From positions 2,016,001 through 2,080,000 of the forward strand of contig CBDBZU010000004.1 in NCBI GenBank assembly GCA_965213625.1: a stretch of 64,000 nucleotides of DNA, written 5' to 3'. Positions within the stretch are counted from its first letter, which is position 1, and each line of letters starts with the position of its first letter. Origin of the DNA: a bacterium. Lineage in GTDB: Bacteria > UBA8248. A model generated the notes under the pieces. The model did not search any database and was not told the DNA's origin. It saw only the letters and a program-made list of their open reading frames with translations. The position numbers and the translations under genes were made by a program. Below, in pieces: positions 61,305-64,000 of the stretch.

Positions 61305-64000
61305 ATGCCGTCTCCATTCGTTCATCTGCATCTACACTCCCAGTACAGTCTGCTTGACGGCACCACGCGGATCGGCGACCTGGTGCAGCGCGCCGCCGAG
61401 CTCGGGCAACCCGCCGTGGCGCTCACCGACCACGGGAACATGTTCGGCGCGGTAAAGTTCTACGAAGCGGCGAAAAGGGCGGGCGTCAAACCCATCATCG
61501 GTTGTGAGGTGTACGTCGCCCCCGGCAGCCGGTTCGTCAAGGGCTCTACGAACGGCGGCGGACGCGCCTACCACATGCTGCTGCTCGCCCGGAACCAGAC
61601 GGGCTACAACAATCTGTGCGAACTCGTCACGCGCGGCTTCACCGAGGGTATGTACTATTTCCCCAGAATTGACCGAGAACTGCTCTCCCAGCACGCCGAG
61701 GGCCTCATCTGCACCTCCGCCTGCCTGCGCGGAGAGGTGAACGATCACCTCCTGCACGGCCGCGAAGAGGCGGCGCGCGAGGCGGCCGGGTTCTATAAGG
61801 AGCTCTTCCCGAATCGCTACTACCTCGAACTCCAGGACCACGGCATGGAGGAGGACAAGCAGGTCATCCCCAGGGTCATCGCCCTCTCGAAAGAGATGGG
61901 GCTGCCCCTCGTCGCCACCAACGACGTGCATTATCTGGACAAGGGGGATCACAGCGCCCAGGAAGTGCTTATCTGCATCCAGACGGGCAAGACTCTGAAC
62001 GACCCCAATCGCATGACGATAAAGAGCGAGGAGTTCTACCTCAAAACCGCAGAGGAGATGGAGGCGCTCTTCGCAGAGGTGCCCGATGCCCTCGCCAACA
62101 CGCTCTCCATCGCCGAGCAATGCGATTTCGAGTTCGACTTCGGCGGGGCCCACTACCCGGATTTCGAAACCCCCGACGGGGCCGACAAGAAAGAATACCT
62201 CAAACGCACGGCCGAGGAGGGACTCGCGCACAAGCTCGCGCAGTTCGGGATCGAGGGCGCCGAGGCGGAGCGCTACCGCGAGCGACTCAAGATGGAGCTC
62301 GAGGTCATCAACAGCCAGAATTACGAAGGCTATTTCCTTATCGTCTCCGATTTCATCCGCTACGCCAAGGAGCAGGGCATTCCCGTGGGTCCGGGCCGGG
62401 GCTCGGCGGCAGGCAGCCTGGCCGCCTACTCGCTGGGCATCACGGGCATCGACCCGCTCAAATATTCCCTGCTTTTCGAGCGTTTCCTGAACCCCGAGCG
62501 CATCAGCCCGCCCGACGTGGACATCGACTTCTGCATGGACCGCCGCGATGAGGTCATCCGCTACGTGCAGGAAAAATACGGGCGCGAGAATGTCTGTCAG
62601 ATCATTACCTTCGGGAGCATGCTGGCGAAGGGTGTCTTGCGCGACGTGGGACGCGTGATGGATATGCCATATGGCGAGGTGGACCGCATCGCCAAGCTGG
62701 TGCCCAACGAACTCAAGATCACGCTCGATGACGCGATGAAGAAAGAGCCTCGCCTGCGCGATACCGTGGAGCGCGACCCGAAGGTGGGCGGGTTGATGAG
62801 TACAGCCAGAAAGCTCGAGGGTAATATTCGCCATGCGGGTACCCACGCGGCCGGCGTGGTCATCGCGCCGTCCAAGCTCACCGACTTCGTACCGCTATAC
62901 AAGGCTTCGGGCGGCGAAATGATGACCCAGTTCGACATGAAGGACATCGAGGAAATCGGCCTCCTCAAGATGGATTTCCTGGGTCTCAAGACGCTCACGG
63001 TGCTGGAGCGCGCCGTGAACCTCGTGCGCGACGGAGGCGGAGATCTGGACCTGGAAACGCTGACCCTTGATGATGAGGCGACGTACCGTCTGCTCGCCGA
63101 GGGGAAAACGACCGGCATTTTCCAGCTCGAGAGCAGGGGAATACGAGAGTATCTCAGAAAGCTCATCCCCACGACGTTCGAGGATCTGATCGCCATGGTC
63201 GCGCTCTACCGCCCTGGTCCGCTGGAGAGTGGCATGGTGGACGCTTTCATCAACAGGAAGCACGGGCGCGAGCAGATTGATTATTTCTTCGATGAGCTCC
63301 AGACCATCCTCGAGGGTACCTACGGCGTCATGGTGTACCAGGAACAGGTGATGCAAATCTCGAACGCGCTCTCAGGCTTCTCTCTGGGGCGTGCGGACGT
63401 GCTGCGCAAGGCGATGGGCAAGAAGAGCCAGAAGCTCATGGCCGAGCAGCAGGCCGATTTCGTGGACGGGGCCGCTGAGCGCGGACACGACAGGAAAAAG
63501 GTTCAGTCCCTGTGGGATCAGATCGATAAGTTCGCGGGCTATGGCTTCAATAAGAGCCACAGCGCGGCCTACGCCCTCATCGCCTACCGAACGGCGTATA
63601 TGAAGACGCACCATCCGCACGAGTTCATGTCTGCGCTGCTCACGTGTGATAGGGAGAACGCGGATAAAGTCATCAAAGACATCGCCGAGTGCCGAAGCAT
63701 GAAGATTCCCGTACTTCCGCCGGACGTGAACGCCAGCCAGAAGGATTTCACGGTCGAGCGAGAGTCTATCCGCTTCGGTCTGGCTGCCGTGAAAAATGTG
63801 GGCGAGGGGCTGGTAGACGCTGTTTTGGTAAGCCGGAACGAGGAGGGGCCGTTCAGGGACCTGGGCGATTTTTGCAGGCGCGTGGAGCACCGGCATCTGA
63901 ACCGGCGGGCGCTCGAGAGCCTCATCAAGGCGGCGGCATTCGATTCTCTAGGCGTGGGGCGTGCGCAGGCGACGGCGTCGCTCGACATCGTGCTCGAAGC
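61305..64000 (+). CDS. dnaE: DNA polymerase III subunit alpha (runs off window end; absent from ORF track)
   Basis: Manual translation: MPSPFVHLHLHSQYSLLDG, ALTDHGNMFG, VGPGRGSAAGS, PDVDIDF, KMDFLGL, YQEQVMQ, FAGYGFNKSH. Confidence 0.97.
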   Translation, partial: MPSPFVHLHLHSQYSLLDGTTRIGDLVQRAAELGQPAVALTDHGNMFGAVKFYEAAKRAGVKPIIGCEVYVAPGSRFVKGSTNGGGRAYHMLLLARNQTGYNNLCELVTRGFTEGMYYFPRIDRELLSQHAEGLICTSACLRGEVNDHLLHGREEAAREAAGFYKELFPNRYYLELQDHGMEEDKQVIPRVIALSKEMGLPLVATNDVHYLDKGDHSAQEVLICIQTGKTLNDPNRMTIKSEEFYLKTAEEMEALFAEVPDALANTLSIAEQCDFEFDFGGAHYPDFETPDGADKKEYLKRTAEEGLAHKLAQFGIEGAEAERYRERLKMELEVINSQNYEGYFLIVSDFIRYAKEQGIPVGPGRGSAAGSLAAYSLGITGIDPLKYSLLFERFLNPERISPPDVDIDFCMDRRDEVIRYVQEKYGRENVCQIITFGSMLAKGVLRDVGRVMDMPYGEVDRIAKLVPNELKITLDDAMKKEPRLRDTVERDPKVGGLMSTARKLEGNIRHAGTHAAGVVIAPSKLTDFVPLYKASGGEMMTQFDMKDIEEIGLLKMDFLGLKTLTVLERAVNLVRDGGGDLDLETLTLDDEATYRLLAEGKTTGIFQLESRGIREYLRKLIPTTFEDLIAMVALYRPGPLESGMVDAFINRKHGREQIDYFFDELQTILEGTYGVMVYQEQVMQISNALSGFSLGRADVLRKAMGKKSQKLMAEQQADFVDGAAERGHDRKKVQSLWDQIDKFAGYGFNKSHSAAYALIAYRTAYMKTHHPHEFMSALLTCDRENADKVIKDIAECRSMKIPVLPPDVNASQKDFTVERESIRFGLAAVKNVGEGLVDAVLVSRNEEGPFRDLGDFCRRVEHRHLNRRALESLIKAAAFDSLGVGRAQATASLDIVLE

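Noticed and set aside
61332-62846. 504-aa minus-strand ORF and neighbouring short ORFs
   Set aside because: Antisense to dnaE, which the track omitted because it has no stop codon within the window.
63520-63570. Intein or split in dnaE
   Set aside because: FAGYGFNKSH is contiguous at the site where cyanobacterial DnaE is split, and no insertion is evident in the visible part.

Overview
A 64-kb chromosomal window from a GC-rich Gram-negative bacterium (Kdo/LPS genes, autotransporters). The eukaryote-like and adhesin domain content (SRCR, fibronectin-III, cadherin-like, Calx-beta, TPR) suggests a host-associated organism such as a marine sponge symbiont; this is inference only. Core content: moeB; an orphan catabolic cluster (three tandem beta-hydroxyacid dehydrogenases, amidohydrolase, ABM protein, ICL/PEP-mutase-family lyase); an LPS/EPS block ending in kdsB-pyrG-kdsA; thrC-metB; nfeD-stomatin; yhaM-lsrF-like-ADH; recD2; mazG; mutL; guaB-guaA; and a partial dnaE that is missing from the ORF track. 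The most notable signals are: (1) a ~2.07-kb segment holding a Cre-like tyrosine recombinase relic and a foreign cargo gene, bracketed by two copies of an autotransporter 3' end, as expected for an island integrated into a beta-barrel gene; (2) a six-cysteine SRCR domain in that autotransporter; (3) a 936-bp integrase-less islet flanked by a duplicated guaA 3' end; (4) a structured ~235-nt leader upstream of guaBA; (5) a bactofilin-TM-TPR fusion; and (6) dispersed GTAG-type REP palindromes. No rRNA, tRNA, CRISPR array or intact transposase/integrase was recognised. All calls are by eye from motifs; no searches were run.
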